Part shown: in pieces, positions 22,166 to 33,185 of the stretch
Layout: the number at the start of each line of letters is the position of its first letter
Position numbering within the stretch: the first letter of the stretch is position 1
Origin: an uncultured delta proteobacterium
Lineage (GTDB): Bacteria > Desulfobacterota > Binatia > Binatales > Binataceae
Reading direction: 5' to 3'
NCBI GenBank assembly: GCA_963842085.1
Contig: CAWJET010000001.1
Location: forward strand, 544,001 to 608,000
DNA length: 64,000 bases
Position numbers and translations under genes: made by a program
The notes under the pieces: model-generated
What the model was told of the DNA's origin: nothing
The model's database searches: none
The model's input: the letters and a program-made list of their open reading frames with translations, nothing else

Positions 22166-23005
22166 CTAAGGTGCGGCTGACTGCGCGCTCATTAAGAGTT
22201 GCCGTACAAGCTCTTTAGCGACTTGCCAAAACATTGATGAGTCGTTGAAGGTCAGTATGATCCCGTGTCGAAGCTCCTTCTCAGGGTGAATGTAGTTCCT
22301 GTATTCCTTCAACACGTCCGCCAAGTCCTTGGCAGAATGCGTGATCCAGTTCAACTCGCGGGCGACCCTAATGTAGGAGTCTAACCTCCACTCTTGGTAA
22401 TTGATGGTCTTTCCGGTCTTGGGGTCTTTGGGAGCTGAAGCAGCGTTGATGAGCGCACTTTTGTCCGGCATCTTATTGGCGCGCGCCACGAATAGTGCCT
22501 CTAACAATCCGCCCATCATCACGATTGCCGCAAGGTGAGCGCCGGCGCTGACGCACCGGTGACACTCGTGCCAACGCCGCGTCAAGATATCTCGCATCGG
22601 TGGGTTACCAGCGAGTGCGGAAAAGTCGGGAGCAAGGTCGTCTGTGCTCCCGGCGGGAGATGCCGAAGGAGCAATCAAAACCGCGGTGCGTAGCGCGATG
22701 AGAGCGTCCTTGGTCTCCTTCAGCGCGTCGAGATATGTCCGCCTGGCCGCATGCTTGGCTGTCAAATCTAAAATAGTTGTGTAGGCGTGATCAGCGTCGC
22801 CAAGATCTACGCCAACGGCAGCGGAGGCCACCACAAGCCGATGCGAGTTGAACCAGGCATGTGCGGTCGATTTCAGCGTAGCTACAGCGTCAACGCCGCG
22901 GACCTGTTTTGTCTTGATCCTGGATACCAAAGAACGCGCTGTCGTCACCTCCGATATGGCGGCGTCGACGGCCTCGGAGCTAGTGGCCACGAGCGAATTC
23001 TCCAA
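22166..23005 (-). CDS. HEPN/DUF4145-like domain protein
   Basis: AAIVMMGGLLEAL...YRNYIHP (RNxxH). Confidence 0.7.
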   Translation of the reverse strand: MENSLVATSSEAVDAAISEVTTARSLVSRIKTKQVRGVDAVATLKSTAHAWFNSHRLVVASAAVGVDLGDADHAYTTILDLTAKHAARRTYLDALKETKDALIALRTAVLIAPSASPAGSTDDLAPDFSALAGNPPMRDILTRRWHECHRCVSAGAHLAAIVMMGGLLEALFVARANKMPDKSALINAASAPKDPKTGKTINYQEWRLDSYIRVARELNWITHSAKDLADVLKEYRNYIHPEKELRHGIILTFNDSSMFWQVAKELVRQLLMSAQSAAP

Positions 23006-23021
23006 TCCGCAGCGCCACCTT

Positions 23022-23663
23022 TTACGACCTCGCCTTCGCGCTCTTTTTCTTCCCCGCCTTCGTTGGCCGTTTTCTCGTTACCTTGCCGCGATTGTTCGCT
23101 TTCGCTGGTTCATTCCCGGGGAGCGTCACGGCCACCAAATTCTCGCCGACAGTGCTGATCCGGAATTTGCCCGGCTCGGTAGTGTCCAAATAGCCTGAGT
23201 TTTTTGCATTGTTTAGGGTCGCAAGCGGCTTACTCGGTCGCTTGCGATCCGCTAATCGGGCTGCGTCCGTTAGGTCCTTTGCTCCTATAGCTTCCTTCTT
23301 CTGCGGCTCCGGCGCCTCGAACTTGTGGAAGTATGCGACTACAGCAGCAAACTGTTGATCGCTCTTGGGAGCCTTCTCCGCAACGAACTGCTTGATGTCT
23401 TTCGTATGTACGCGAATCCCCTGCGAGGACGGAGCGGCAGGTGTTGCCCCCGGTTGGACCTGTGATACCACCAACGGTTGGGATTGAGAGGGAGGACGCA
23501 AATCGAGCCATTCGCTTGCAAAACGGATGGCCCGCTCTTGATGAGTCTTGTCCAGACCCCTTAGCGTTTCGATGATTGCTTTTGCGGCATCAAAGACCTT
23601 AGCCGCGTCAGGATGTTCCTCGCTCAAATTCCTTTCTCCAATTCGAGTTGACTGAACAAACAC
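23022..23663 (-). CDS. Hypothetical protein with probable C-terminal winged helix
   Basis: ATLNNAKNSGYL..GKFRISTVGE pattern; 16 bp upstream of the HEPN-like gene. Confidence 0.65.
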   Translation of the reverse strand: MFVQSTRIGERNLSEEHPDAAKVFDAAKAIIETLRGLDKTHQERAIRFASEWLDLRPPSQSQPLVVSQVQPGATPAAPSSQGIRVHTKDIKQFVAEKAPKSDQQFAAVVAYFHKFEAPEPQKKEAIGAKDLTDAARLADRKRPSKPLATLNNAKNSGYLDTTEPGKFRISTVGENLVAVTLPGNEPAKANNRGKVTRKRPTKAGKKKSAKARS

Positions 23664-23849
23664 ATTTTCCCGCGATCGGCATCCAATCTCAGTTTACCCT
23701 GTTGCTAGCTCGGTGTGAAATCAGGTGCGAGTGGTCGATTGCACGTGGCCTCGCTGGCGGGCATGATCGGGCGTGATGACTCGGCACAAGTTCATTTCAC
23801 ATGATGCGTTGGCTATTGTGTTTGCACGCGACGGAGGCCGATAGAGCCA

Positions 23850-24059
23850 ATGTTCGAACAAGCCTTCAAAAACATCGACGACGTGCTCCGGAAAGAGGCC
23901 ACCTCGTATAGAGATTACTACCATCGGTCGCGGACCCATCTTTCCCTGCAGAAGGACTGTCCCGACCCCCGCCCCGTCCAATCGGAGAATCGGGCCAAGG
24001 TGATCGCCATCGAGGAGGTGGGTGGCCTTCACCATCGTTACGAACGGCTGGCAGCCTAA
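23850..24059 (+). pseudogene. Type I R-M HsdM N-terminus (17 aa) fused to an rve-integrase 3' remnant
   Basis: MFEQAFKNIDDVLRKEA, then YYHRSRTHLSL..HHRYERLAA. Confidence 0.7.
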
Positions 24060-24103
24060 TTCGCGATGGGCTGAACGCGTCCACGGCCGCGGTCCCAGTC
24101 CAA

Positions 24104-24598
24104 TCACGAGTTGGCGTGCCGCAGGAGAGCCAAAGAGACTGTTCTCGGGGACTCGTATTTGAGCGGCGAGCACGGCGTCCCCGCTAGCTTGACTGCCAGA
24201 GTCACCAAATCGATCGACGGATTGTCCTCAATTTCAAAGCGAGCGAGCGAAGCTAGGTCGTTGAGCGAGCCCAGCACTCGGCGGTTCGCGGTCGCGCCGA
24301 TCGTAAACGACTCCATCTCTCGCACTTCCCGACCCACCGCATCCGGCCCTGCTCCGATGCCTTGCAGCACCGACCGAGCGGCATCTCGAAAACGCGGACT
24401 GAAGGAAGACGCGCCTCTGGCTTCAACAATCACCGGGAGCAGCGACCGTTCGCTAATGCAAACGATAAGCGGCACGTGCCTGACGAAAACCAGCTTGGCA
24501 TACCAGTTGCCGAGGCGATTGGTCGGTGAAGGCGGATCAGCGATCGCTTCTGCGCCCAGGCGTTTCAGCAGTTTGCGAGTACAGCGGATAGTCAGCAC
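24104..24598 (-). CDS. DUF6933-like protein
   Basis: IRCTRKLL...LGNWYA...NRRVLGSLND. Confidence 0.7.
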   Translation of the reverse strand: MLTIRCTRKLLKRLGAEAIADPPSPTNRLGNWYAKLVFVRHVPLIVCISERSLLPVIVEARGASSFSPRFRDAARSVLQGIGAGPDAVGREVREMESFTIGATANRRVLGSLNDLASLARFEIEDNPSIDLVTLAVKLAGTPCSPLKYESPRTVSLALLRHANS

Positions 24599-25130
24599 GT
24601 TCCAGGGGGGTTTGGATTCAAGGGGGCGGCAGTTGAGTCGCCTGATCCGTGGCCGACCAACTGAAAAAACCCTCCAGCTTCTCCCAAGGCTCGACTATCG
24701 CACGCATTTGGTGTTTTGAGTAGGCACACCGGCAGCCAGTCGCGCAAAACACGTCATTTCTGGGACGATCCCGGCCTCAAGGAAAAGTAAAATGGCCTCG
24801 TGCTTATAGGCTGGTATCTGATAGTGCTGCCAGGTGAAAAAACTATTTGACCTATACGGGGCGTCAGATAAGGCTGGTCAGATACGGGCCGTCAACAGAC
24901 CGCTCGCGAGAGCGACGCAGAGGTAAGCAAAATGGTACGACCATTCAAGCCTGCGATTTACCCCCGTCGCGCCCACCCAACCATGGGCGGGATGATCTCA
25001 TAGCTTAGGCACCTGAGCGCGAAATGGCGCGAACCCGCCGCCAGTCACGGATAAGAAACAAGCGCGGCAGGCAACGACACGACAAGACGGCTTTCTTAAG
25101 CCGCCTTAGCCGGGCCGCGGGTCATAGCCA

Positions 25131-25793
25131 TTACTTCCCGGCGTCGTTCTTTTGCTTCGGTCGCGGCGGCACCTTCTTCGATAGAGCTTTGACCTCACCC
25201 GGAAGAACGTAAATCGATGCAATCAGATTCTCCGTAATGTCGAGCAGCAGTTTTAGATCCTGCTGTGACGGCTGAAATCCCCGATGTGCCGATGCGCTAC
25301 CAGCATCGATGGTCACTTCGAGGAACTCTCTGTTGCTTGGAGATATGAATCCGCGCTTTTCGACAGCGGAAAGTTTTGCAGGGAAGTTGCCCACATCGCC
25401 GACGTGTTCAGTTATCACTATATCTATGAGTGTGCGGACCCCCGTTGCCGCAAGGACTCGCAAGTCCTCGTGAACCGCCACGTAAATCTCGTCCAGAAGC
25501 CGTACGATTTTCTTCTGCTCGCGCCGGAGAGAACCGCTCAACCAATACGGTTTCCGTCTCGAAACGGCAGCAGGAAAATAGTTGATCGTCTCGCGCGTCC
25601 CCCCTTCGATGGTAGTTACCCGTCTGAATCCGACAGTATCGCAACCGCAACAAGCTACGATTTGATAGCAATCTTCTCCGTATATCCCGGCGTCCACATC
25701 TGACCAGCTACTCTTCTTTTTGGCGACGAGAACGTGGTTCGTTTCCTTTAGGCAGCTATTGCAATGTGCCTTTACGATTACGACCTCGGCCAT
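25131..25793 (-). CDS. Zn-ribbon plus DUF4145 (HEPN-like) protein
   Basis: CNSC..H and CCGC; GVRTLID...GSASAHR. Confidence 0.75.
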   Translation of the reverse strand: MAEVVIVKAHCNSCLKETNHVLVAKKKSSWSDVDAGIYGEDCYQIVACCGCDTVGFRRVTTIEGGTRETINYFPAAVSRRKPYWLSGSLRREQKKIVRLLDEIYVAVHEDLRVLAATGVRTLIDIVITEHVGDVGNFPAKLSAVEKRGFISPSNREFLEVTIDAGSASAHRGFQPSQQDLKLLLDITENLIASIYVLPGEVKALSKKVPPRPKQKNDAGK

Positions 25794-25905
25794 TTGCCGA
25801 AAGCTCCTATTGGTGCGATCACCAGTTATAGCAACCCCATGTCCGCGCGAGCACAACGGCGTCGCGGAGCCTCATTGTGCGGCGGTGGTCGGCGAGAGCC
25901 GCCAG

Positions 25906-26271
25906 TTACCACAGGCGGGTGTCCCACACGTACCCGCTGATGGACGGTGCGAAAGGCCCGATGACCCAAGCCACGGTGGCAATACCAAAAGCGATAGCCA
26001 TGGCCACGTAGACAGGTAGCCACAACATTTCCCTGAGCGGCGGTGGGTTACTCCACGCCTCGATGATAGCGCCGACTGCGAGCCACGGGAAAATAGCCAA
26101 AAAGCACGCGATCGCAACGTAGCTAATTGCACTTTCGACGAAGACGAGAACGAAGTACACCGGGTCGTGGTAGTGCCTGTGATATGGCACCGTTGTCGTC
26201 AGTCGCATCGCCGCCACAGCGACCGCGATTACGACCGCTGTGATTGCAACTGGGCGAATCTTCTCCCACAT
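25906..26271 (-). CDS. Small membrane protein
   Basis: Three to four hydrophobic segments. Confidence 0.5.
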   Translation of the reverse strand: MWEKIRPVAITAVVIAVAVAAMRLTTTVPYHRHYHDPVYFVLVFVESAISYVAIACFLAIFPWLAVGAIIEAWSNPPPLREMLWLPVYVAMAIAFGIATVAWVIGPFAPSISGYVWDTRLW

Positions 26272-26318
26272 GCCGGGCTAGATCCTCTTTGGGCGTTGCG
26301 CAGTGACTTTGAATCCTT

Positions 26319-26555
26319 TCAGTCTTCGTCTAGCGGCGTGTACGCATCGGGTTTCTTGTCGGGACAGGATGGCTTGCACTTTATAGGAGGTCCGAAGCCG
26401 CCGCTTGTTTGCTGCCTGTGCCATTGGTTTAAGTGGTGGTGTTTGCACGTCTCCTCTCGGTGAGTGCCTCCGACTTGTCCAGCCTTGACATTGAACAGAG
26501 GATTTTTTGAACTGTCCCAAGTAGCATCGCAACCCGGTTTACCACATTTCATCAT
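26319..26555 (-). CDS. Small Cys/His-containing hypothetical protein
   Basis: Strong AAGGAGG RBS; five Cys. Confidence 0.45.
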   Translation of the reverse strand: MMKCGKPGCDATWDSSKNPLFNVKAGQVGGTHREETCKHHHLNQWHRQQTSGGFGPPIKCKPSCPDKKPDAYTPLDED

Positions 26556-26847
26556 GCGGTCCTCCTTTTACCACGAGCCCAAATGCACCAGCGCGGCGAC
26601 GTGTCGGGGTTCATTTTGAAAACGATCTAGCAGACAGACGCGCGACCGACAAATGGGCGCTGACTGGCTGCCGGTCGGTCGCGATTGCGCATCGCTTCGC
26701 CGCCCGGCCACGATTACCGTGACGCTCGACTGATGCGCCGTTGACCGAGAGGATGCTTACGCCGCCAGCCGCCGCTCCCGCGCCCGCAGCGCCTCACCAT
26801 CGATGCCGAGTTGGACCGTGCTATCCGTGGCGGCTAAAATCGATGGT

Positions 26848-27183
26848 ATGAGAGACAAACTGTTATGCGTGCTTCTGATTCTGACCATCGCCGGTGCGCC
26901 AAAAACGTACGCACAGACCACCACCGTGCAAGTGGCTAAACTCTGCGAGGCGATCGCAAACTTCGCGAACGAAGCGGCGCGGAACCGCGATAGCGGGGTT
27001 TCGCGCGGTGACTCGCTCAAAATTGCTAGAGCAACCGCCCCGCATTTTCCGATTCCTAATAAGTCGATGCTAAAGACGGCCACGACCATTATCAATAACG
27101 TTTACGACCATCCTACGGAAAGCGCCGAAGACCTGACGCGGGACACTTTCGACGAGTGCCTCACGGAGCAATCGCCACAGTAA
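26848..27183 (+). CDS. Small secreted hypothetical protein
   Basis: Signal peptide ending TYA; two Cys. Confidence 0.6.
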   Translation: MRDKLLCVLLILTIAGAPKTYAQTTTVQVAKLCEAIANFANEAARNRDSGVSRGDSLKIARATAPHFPIPNKSMLKTATTIINNVYDHPTESAEDLTRDTFDECLTEQSPQ

Positions 27184-27310
27184 GCCACCGCTGCGAGCGG
27201 ACAGCGGCGGGTAGGATCAGAGGAAAAGGCGAAGGAAGATGTCGAAATGCATTTTAGGTCCCTCAACTGTTTTCGGTCTCCGCCATTCCGCGCGGGTGTA
27301 CGCCAGCCTT

Positions 27311-27398
27311 CGGAGATAACGCGTTTTGCGCTGACTGTCTGCCGGAGCAAGATGAATTCGAACTCCCGGTACCGATTCTGGAACTTCCAGACGACAGC
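27311..27398 (-). repeat. tRNA-3'-end-like att scar, copy 3
   Basis: Minus strand GAGTTCGAATTCATCTTGCTCCGGCAGACAGTC-N7-AAACGCGTTATCTCCG. Confidence 0.65.
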
Positions 27399-27541
27399 TC
27401 TCGGTGAGGATTTCAGAACAGCTCGACGAGGCGGAGCGCTCTTTCCTCAAGCCTGCCCAACCGGAGCGAGATTGGCGCGTGTAGCGCGCATTTCGGAGAA
27501 GAACGTCGATCGGGGCCGGTGGTGCTCTCGCAGGCGGTGCG

Positions 27542-27620
27542 GTGGATTCTCTTGTGGTGCTGTCGGACGGCCGACTCGCCAGCGGTGGTGACGATGGCAC
27601 AATCAAGCCCTGGCCGAAAG
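27542..27620 (+). pseudogene. Single WD40 repeat remnant
   Basis: VDSLVVLSDGRLASGGDDGTIKPW. Confidence 0.55.
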
Positions 27621-28024
27621 ACGCTACCTGTCGTCGACGCTTCGAGATTGCGGACTGTTCATTTGACGGAATAGCGGGCAAAGAGATGAGCGCTCCAGAT
27701 ATTGAATTGGAAGCTGAGAATCTTCCCAGAGATTTTGGATACGTCTGGAGCGATTGGCTTTACGCTTATCGGCTAGTACGCCGAGTGGGAAGGGAATCAA
27801 CGGAAGAGTATCTAGCGGCTGCACCGGTCGTTGTGAGCTACGAAGATTTGAAAGACCATGGACTTGTTATCGCGCAGTACCACTCTGGCGCGACGTCGCC
27901 GACGCCTATGGAGAGGAATGCGGCGATTCAGTGGCTCCGCCAGGTGCTTAATCAGAACGAGAACATGTGATCGTGGCCGGCTTGCTGCTTGAAGGGGCTA
28001 ATGGTTGCGAGATAGATCGACGGC

Positions 28025-28680
28025 ATGGCAGAAAACAAAGTAAATTTTTTCATCAGTTACACCGCCGTCGACGAACGTTGGGCCGAGTGGGTCGCGTTCG
28101 TTCTCGAAGAGGATGGATATTCGACGCGCCTGCAGAAGTGGGATTTTGCGGCGCGTGGTAATTTCGTTCTTGAGATGCAGCGCGCTGCGAGCGAGTCTAC
28201 CCACACCATCGGCATTTTGTCACCGGACTATCTCAATTCCAGGTTCGTTAAACCGGAGTGGGCGGCAGCGTTAGCGGCCGACCCAGAGGGGGCAAAGCGA
28301 TCTCTAGCAGGTTGCGGAAAAAGGGTTTTTGACTCCTGATGACATTGATCCAAGACGCATTCTCGTGATCGTAGTAATGCTTACTCTTCGCCGAAATCGT
28401 CTTTCATTGAGTTTTTCCGCAACCTGCTAGTGCTGGTGAGAGTACGGCCGTGTGAGCCGAGCGGACTGCTCAAGCCGATCATTTACATCGACTTGGTCGG
28501 GCTCGACGAGGTGAAGCACGCCAGCGATTGTTGAGCGGCGTGCGCAGGGATCGCGCGAAGCCGTCGACACGGCCAGCATTCCTAGGGAAAGCCACTAAGC
28601 CACCAGCTCCGTTCCCCGGCTCTTCATCGTCGCTAGCCGGTAGAGAACCGAGCGTTAGGTACAAGCCGAACCTTCTTTCA
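28025..28680 (+). pseudogene. TIR_2-domain gene interrupted by a MITE and a frameshift
   Basis: FFISY..D..WAEW, LSPDYLNS..PEW; removing the MITE restores SLVLVRVRPCEPSGLLKPIIYIDLVGLDE; a shifted frame continues ARQRLLSG. Confidence 0.85.
28308..28426. mobile_element. 119-bp MITE with IS5-type ends
   Basis: Perfect 15-bp IRs CAGGTTGCGGAAAAA; CTAG target duplication at 28304-28307 and 28427-28430. Confidence 0.92.
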
Positions 28681-28687
28681 CGTCAAT

Positions 28688-29176
28688 TCAGAGTCGCTTT
28701 CCCCCGGGGGCACCTTCTGGCTGCTTTAGCAGATCCTCCATTTCCTGACTTGGTAAATCCGGCCCTGAGGTGCCGACCGCAATACCCAATTTGCGCATTT
28801 CATCTATGGTATCAGCCAACAAGTTGAGCCTCTGCCAGCGATCCTCAGGCTGCCACGCCTCTTGCTTTTCTTCCCGGTCGGTGAGTTTGTACTTCTCGCT
28901 GAGTGCCATCAAAGCCTGAATAGAACGGAAATCCCCTCCGGCTGCCTTGTTGACGAGCCGTCTTGAAATAACATCCATTTTGGTCACTCTCTTGCGTCGG
29001 CCTTCCTCGCTAATCACGACGCGCTCGCGGAGCGCCTCCTTCAAATGAGTAGCCATATTCTTGGCGCCGCGTGGACGCCCACGACTATTTCCCGACTGAC
29101 CCTTTTGAAAGCGTGTATGACGCGGTGGTTTGCCGTAGCCCACCTCGTATTCATCTTGCTTATTCTCGGTTTCCAC
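28688..29176 (-). CDS. DUF5681 domain protein
   Basis: YEVGYGKPP.HTRFQKGQSGN.RGRP. Confidence 0.85.
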   Translation of the reverse strand: METENKQDEYEVGYGKPPRHTRFQKGQSGNSRGRPRGAKNMATHLKEALRERVVISEEGRRKRVTKMDVISRRLVNKAAGGDFRSIQALMALSEKYKLTDREEKQEAWQPEDRWQRLNLLADTIDEMRKLGIAVGTSGPDLPSQEMEDLLKQPEGAPGGKRL

Positions 29177-30533
29177 CTTCCCTTACCTCCCTTTCAATCT
29201 TATCAAACGGTTCGCCGCTTGCGTGTCGTGCGGTGTCGCGAGTAAAGGCCTGCCAACGGCGAACGATTGCGTCGACATATAGCGCATCTATCTCTACACC
29301 AAAGCAACGGCGTCCAGTGCGCTCGGCGGCGATCACGGTCGACCCACTGCCCAGGAATCCGTCCAGGACGATCTCGCCTCTGCTGGTGCAGTCCATGAGC
29401 ACGTCGGCGATCATCGCGACCGGCTTCACAGTCGGATGCATCGCGAGCAGGTTACCCTCGTCGCCGGACCGCGAGAAAGAGCGCGCACTTGGATAGCGCC
29501 ATACGTTCGTGCGGTTGCGGCCGAACCGACCCAGTTGAACGTTGTTGGTATGTCGTCCCTGGCCATTCTTGTAGATGAAGATGAGCTCGTGCTGACTTCT
29601 GTACAGCGAGCCCATTCCGGCATTGTCCTTCGCCCACACGCACAGGTTCATAAGCTCGCTATAGGCGGCCCTGCCGGCTGCCAGCATCTCCGAGATATGC
29701 CGCCAATCCATGCACAGGAAGTGCAAGGAGCCATCGACACTGTGGCGCGCAAACAAAGAGAATGCCTTGGCCAGAAATTCGGTGAACTGAGACTCGGTCA
29801 TTTCACCGGAACCCATAGCGAATTCCCGATGTTGAACGGTGCCGAGGCCGCTGACGTTGCCCGCGATTCTTACGTTGTACGGCGGGTCGGCGAAAATCAC
29901 CGTGGCGCGCTCGTCGTCCATCAGCTTCGTGTATGCCGACGCGTCCAGAGCGCTTCCGCAATAGACTCGGCAATCCTTTCCCAATAGCCACAGATCGCCG
30001 GGTCGAGATACGGGAGGACCGTCCGGCACACCCGCGATGTCATCAGCCGCATCTGGTTCGCCTTGGGCTTCGCTGTTTGATTGTTCGATGCGAAGATCGA
30101 TTTCGCCCATCTCGAAGCCAGTCGCCTCAAGGCTGAAATCGAGATCGAGCTCCGCAAGGTCTCTAAGCTGCTCTCCGAGTAACTTCTCATCCCAGGTCGA
30201 AATTTCGGTCAATCTGTTGTCGGCGATCATGTACGCTCGCATCTGCGCCTCGGACAGGTGCGACAAACAAATCGTCGGCACCTCCATCAAGCCGAGATGC
30301 TGAGCGGCCATGACACGGCCATGCCCGGCGATCACCTTCCCATCAGAATCGATCAGAACCGGAACATTGAACCCGAACGTCTCAATGCTCCACGCCAGTT
30401 GGCGAATCTGTCTTGCGCCGTGGACCCTTGGATTGTTTGGGTCCAGCTTCAGCTCAGAGATTGAGCGATATATCACCTCAATCCGGCCCGCCCGATCCCC
30501 ATTTCCTAAACCGCCACCCTCCAGCAACCGCAT
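29160..30533 (-). CDS. ParB-N domain fused to an N6/N4 DNA methyltransferase
   Basis: IAGHGRV, IADNRL; DPPYN, HPTVKP, DGFLGSGST. Confidence 0.92.
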   Translation of the reverse strand: MRLLEGGGLGNGDRAGRIEVIYRSISELKLDPNNPRVHGARQIRQLAWSIETFGFNVPVLIDSDGKVIAGHGRVMAAQHLGLMEVPTICLSHLSEAQMRAYMIADNRLTEISTWDEKLLGEQLRDLAELDLDFSLEATGFEMGEIDLRIEQSNSEAQGEPDAADDIAGVPDGPPVSRPGDLWLLGKDCRVYCGSALDASAYTKLMDDERATVIFADPPYNVRIAGNVSGLGTVQHREFAMGSGEMTESQFTEFLAKAFSLFARHSVDGSLHFLCMDWRHISEMLAAGRAAYSELMNLCVWAKDNAGMGSLYRSQHELIFIYKNGQGRHTNNVQLGRFGRNRTNVWRYPSARSFSRSGDEGNLLAMHPTVKPVAMIADVLMDCTSRGEIVLDGFLGSGSTVIAAERTGRRCFGVEIDALYVDAIVRRWQAFTRDTARHASGEPFDKIEREVREGGNRE

Positions 30534-30649
30534 GCCTCCACCTGTCCTTCGGCACCCTCGATTGACGAGGGGCCTATTTTTCGATAATGTAACACGAAAT
30601 TTCGTGCTGTCAAGGCGACGGCATATCATTCTATCAACAGGAGGCTCCT

Positions 30650-31351
30650 ATGAGCTTTTCAGAACGGCTGAAAAAGGTGACGGCGGAGTTCGGATCCCGT
30701 TATGCGCTGGCCAAGGCCAGCGGCATACCGGCCAGCACCCTGCAAAGTTACGAAGCCGGCTCAAAACCGGGGATGGACGCGCTTGCGACTTTGGCCCGGG
30801 TCGCAAACGTCGACATCAATTGGCTGCTATCTGGCAAAGGTGAGATGCGCCCAGCGGGTTTGCTCTCCGGCGCAGTATTAGCGGACGTCCTCATGGTGGA
30901 CCAATACGAACTTGGGACGTCACTCGCCGCGGAAATGGTGATCGGGCAGATTCCCTTCAGCCGCAGATTTCTCGAGGCCATGCTACACCTCAAAGAGCCA
31001 ACCCATGAAACGCTGCTTGCCGTGGAGGCAGGTTCGGATCTATTCGACATCGACCGCGGCGATTTCGTGCTGATCGACCGAGACCACGCAAATCTTGCTC
31101 GTGACGGTATTTACCTCGTTGACCTTCCAGGAATCGAATTGCGCGGAATTTCCCGGCAGCCCAATCAAACCGTTCGGGTCGTCGGACCGGAGCGTAGGCA
31201 TCGGTTTTCGGGCTCAGCAGGGAATGGTCGGGACGGCGAACGCCTGAGCTCAGCGGAAGTCGTGATGACCCTCCACGAGTTGCTTGGTTTCCGAGGCCGC
31301 TCGGGGTCGAAGATCATCGGAAGAGCTGTTTGGATCGGCCGCGCGCTATAG
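30650..31351 (+). CDS. XRE/CI-like repressor with degenerate S24-like domain
   Basis: HTH LAKASGIPASTLQSYE..P..VDINWLLSG; C-terminal KIIGRAVW. Confidence 0.8.
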   Translation: MSFSERLKKVTAEFGSRYALAKASGIPASTLQSYEAGSKPGMDALATLARVANVDINWLLSGKGEMRPAGLLSGAVLADVLMVDQYELGTSLAAEMVIGQIPFSRRFLEAMLHLKEPTHETLLAVEAGSDLFDIDRGDFVLIDRDHANLARDGIYLVDLPGIELRGISRQPNQTVRVVGPERRHRFSGSAGNGRDGERLSSAEVVMTLHELLGFRGRSGSKIIGRAVWIGRAL

Positions 31352-31394
31352 CAGTTTGCCTTGCCTCTGCTGCACTGAAAATGCCGGCTCGGCT

Positions 31395-31658
31395 TTCCCT
31401 GTTATAGCCAGAAAGTTCCCTGATCCTCCAAAATAATTCCCTGTTTAGTGAAAATAATTCCCTGTTTTGATGCGTAGGGAATTTGCTGAAAAACCCCCAG
31501 CTCCGTCGTGGTTTTTCTTCTCTTGGACCGCCAAATCGGAGCAGAAGCCGCGCAAATTCCCTGCATTTTCCCTGTTGATCAGGGAATTTGACCCAGAGAT
31601 CAGTTCGAGCCAGACTGCCCCATCCGCCAGGCAGTCATAGGGAAACGCGTTATCTCCG
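31395..31658 (+). repeat. Phased TTCCCTG array plus hybrid att-like site (copy 4)
   Basis: TTCCCTG at 31395, 31416, 31437, 31458 (21-bp period), 31557, 31568; inverted at 31475 (1 mismatch) and 31580; core at 31596-31625; AAACGCGTTATCTCCG at 31643. Confidence 0.8.
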
Positions 31659-31725
31659 GGTTGGGTTACGAGAGCTTTTCGTGTGCAACGTGTCAACGAT
31701 TTCTAATTTTACATTCCTCTCGTGA

Positions 31726-32844
<1,119 letters not shown>

Positions 32845-33185
32845 TTTTTCGGGCGGATACCTGCTGACAATGGGCCCGCGCTTCGGGGGCGAACTACCGC
32901 CTTGGACATATCGTGAGAAGAGGCGGAAGACCCTTCAGCACGCTGCGCAACTCGCTGACGGTGACGAACACGACGAACAACAGCCAACATATCGAAGCCG
33001 TCAAAGTGAGCGTCGGGCTGTGCACGAATATGAAGGCGAAAGAATTTAAGAAGATGGTTGCTTTGGGCCGGTACCCGCCAATGTATTCAAACTGACCCAT
33101 TACAGGCCCAATTGGTGCGTATCTATCCGTTTTTCGGTGGCGCTTTCCGTGAGCGACGGGCTATGCTCACTGGAAGAGTTGGTCA

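Noticed and set aside
26757-26800. Another rve remnant (ends ERRLAA)
   Set aside because: Lacks the GGLHHRY motif; similarity too short
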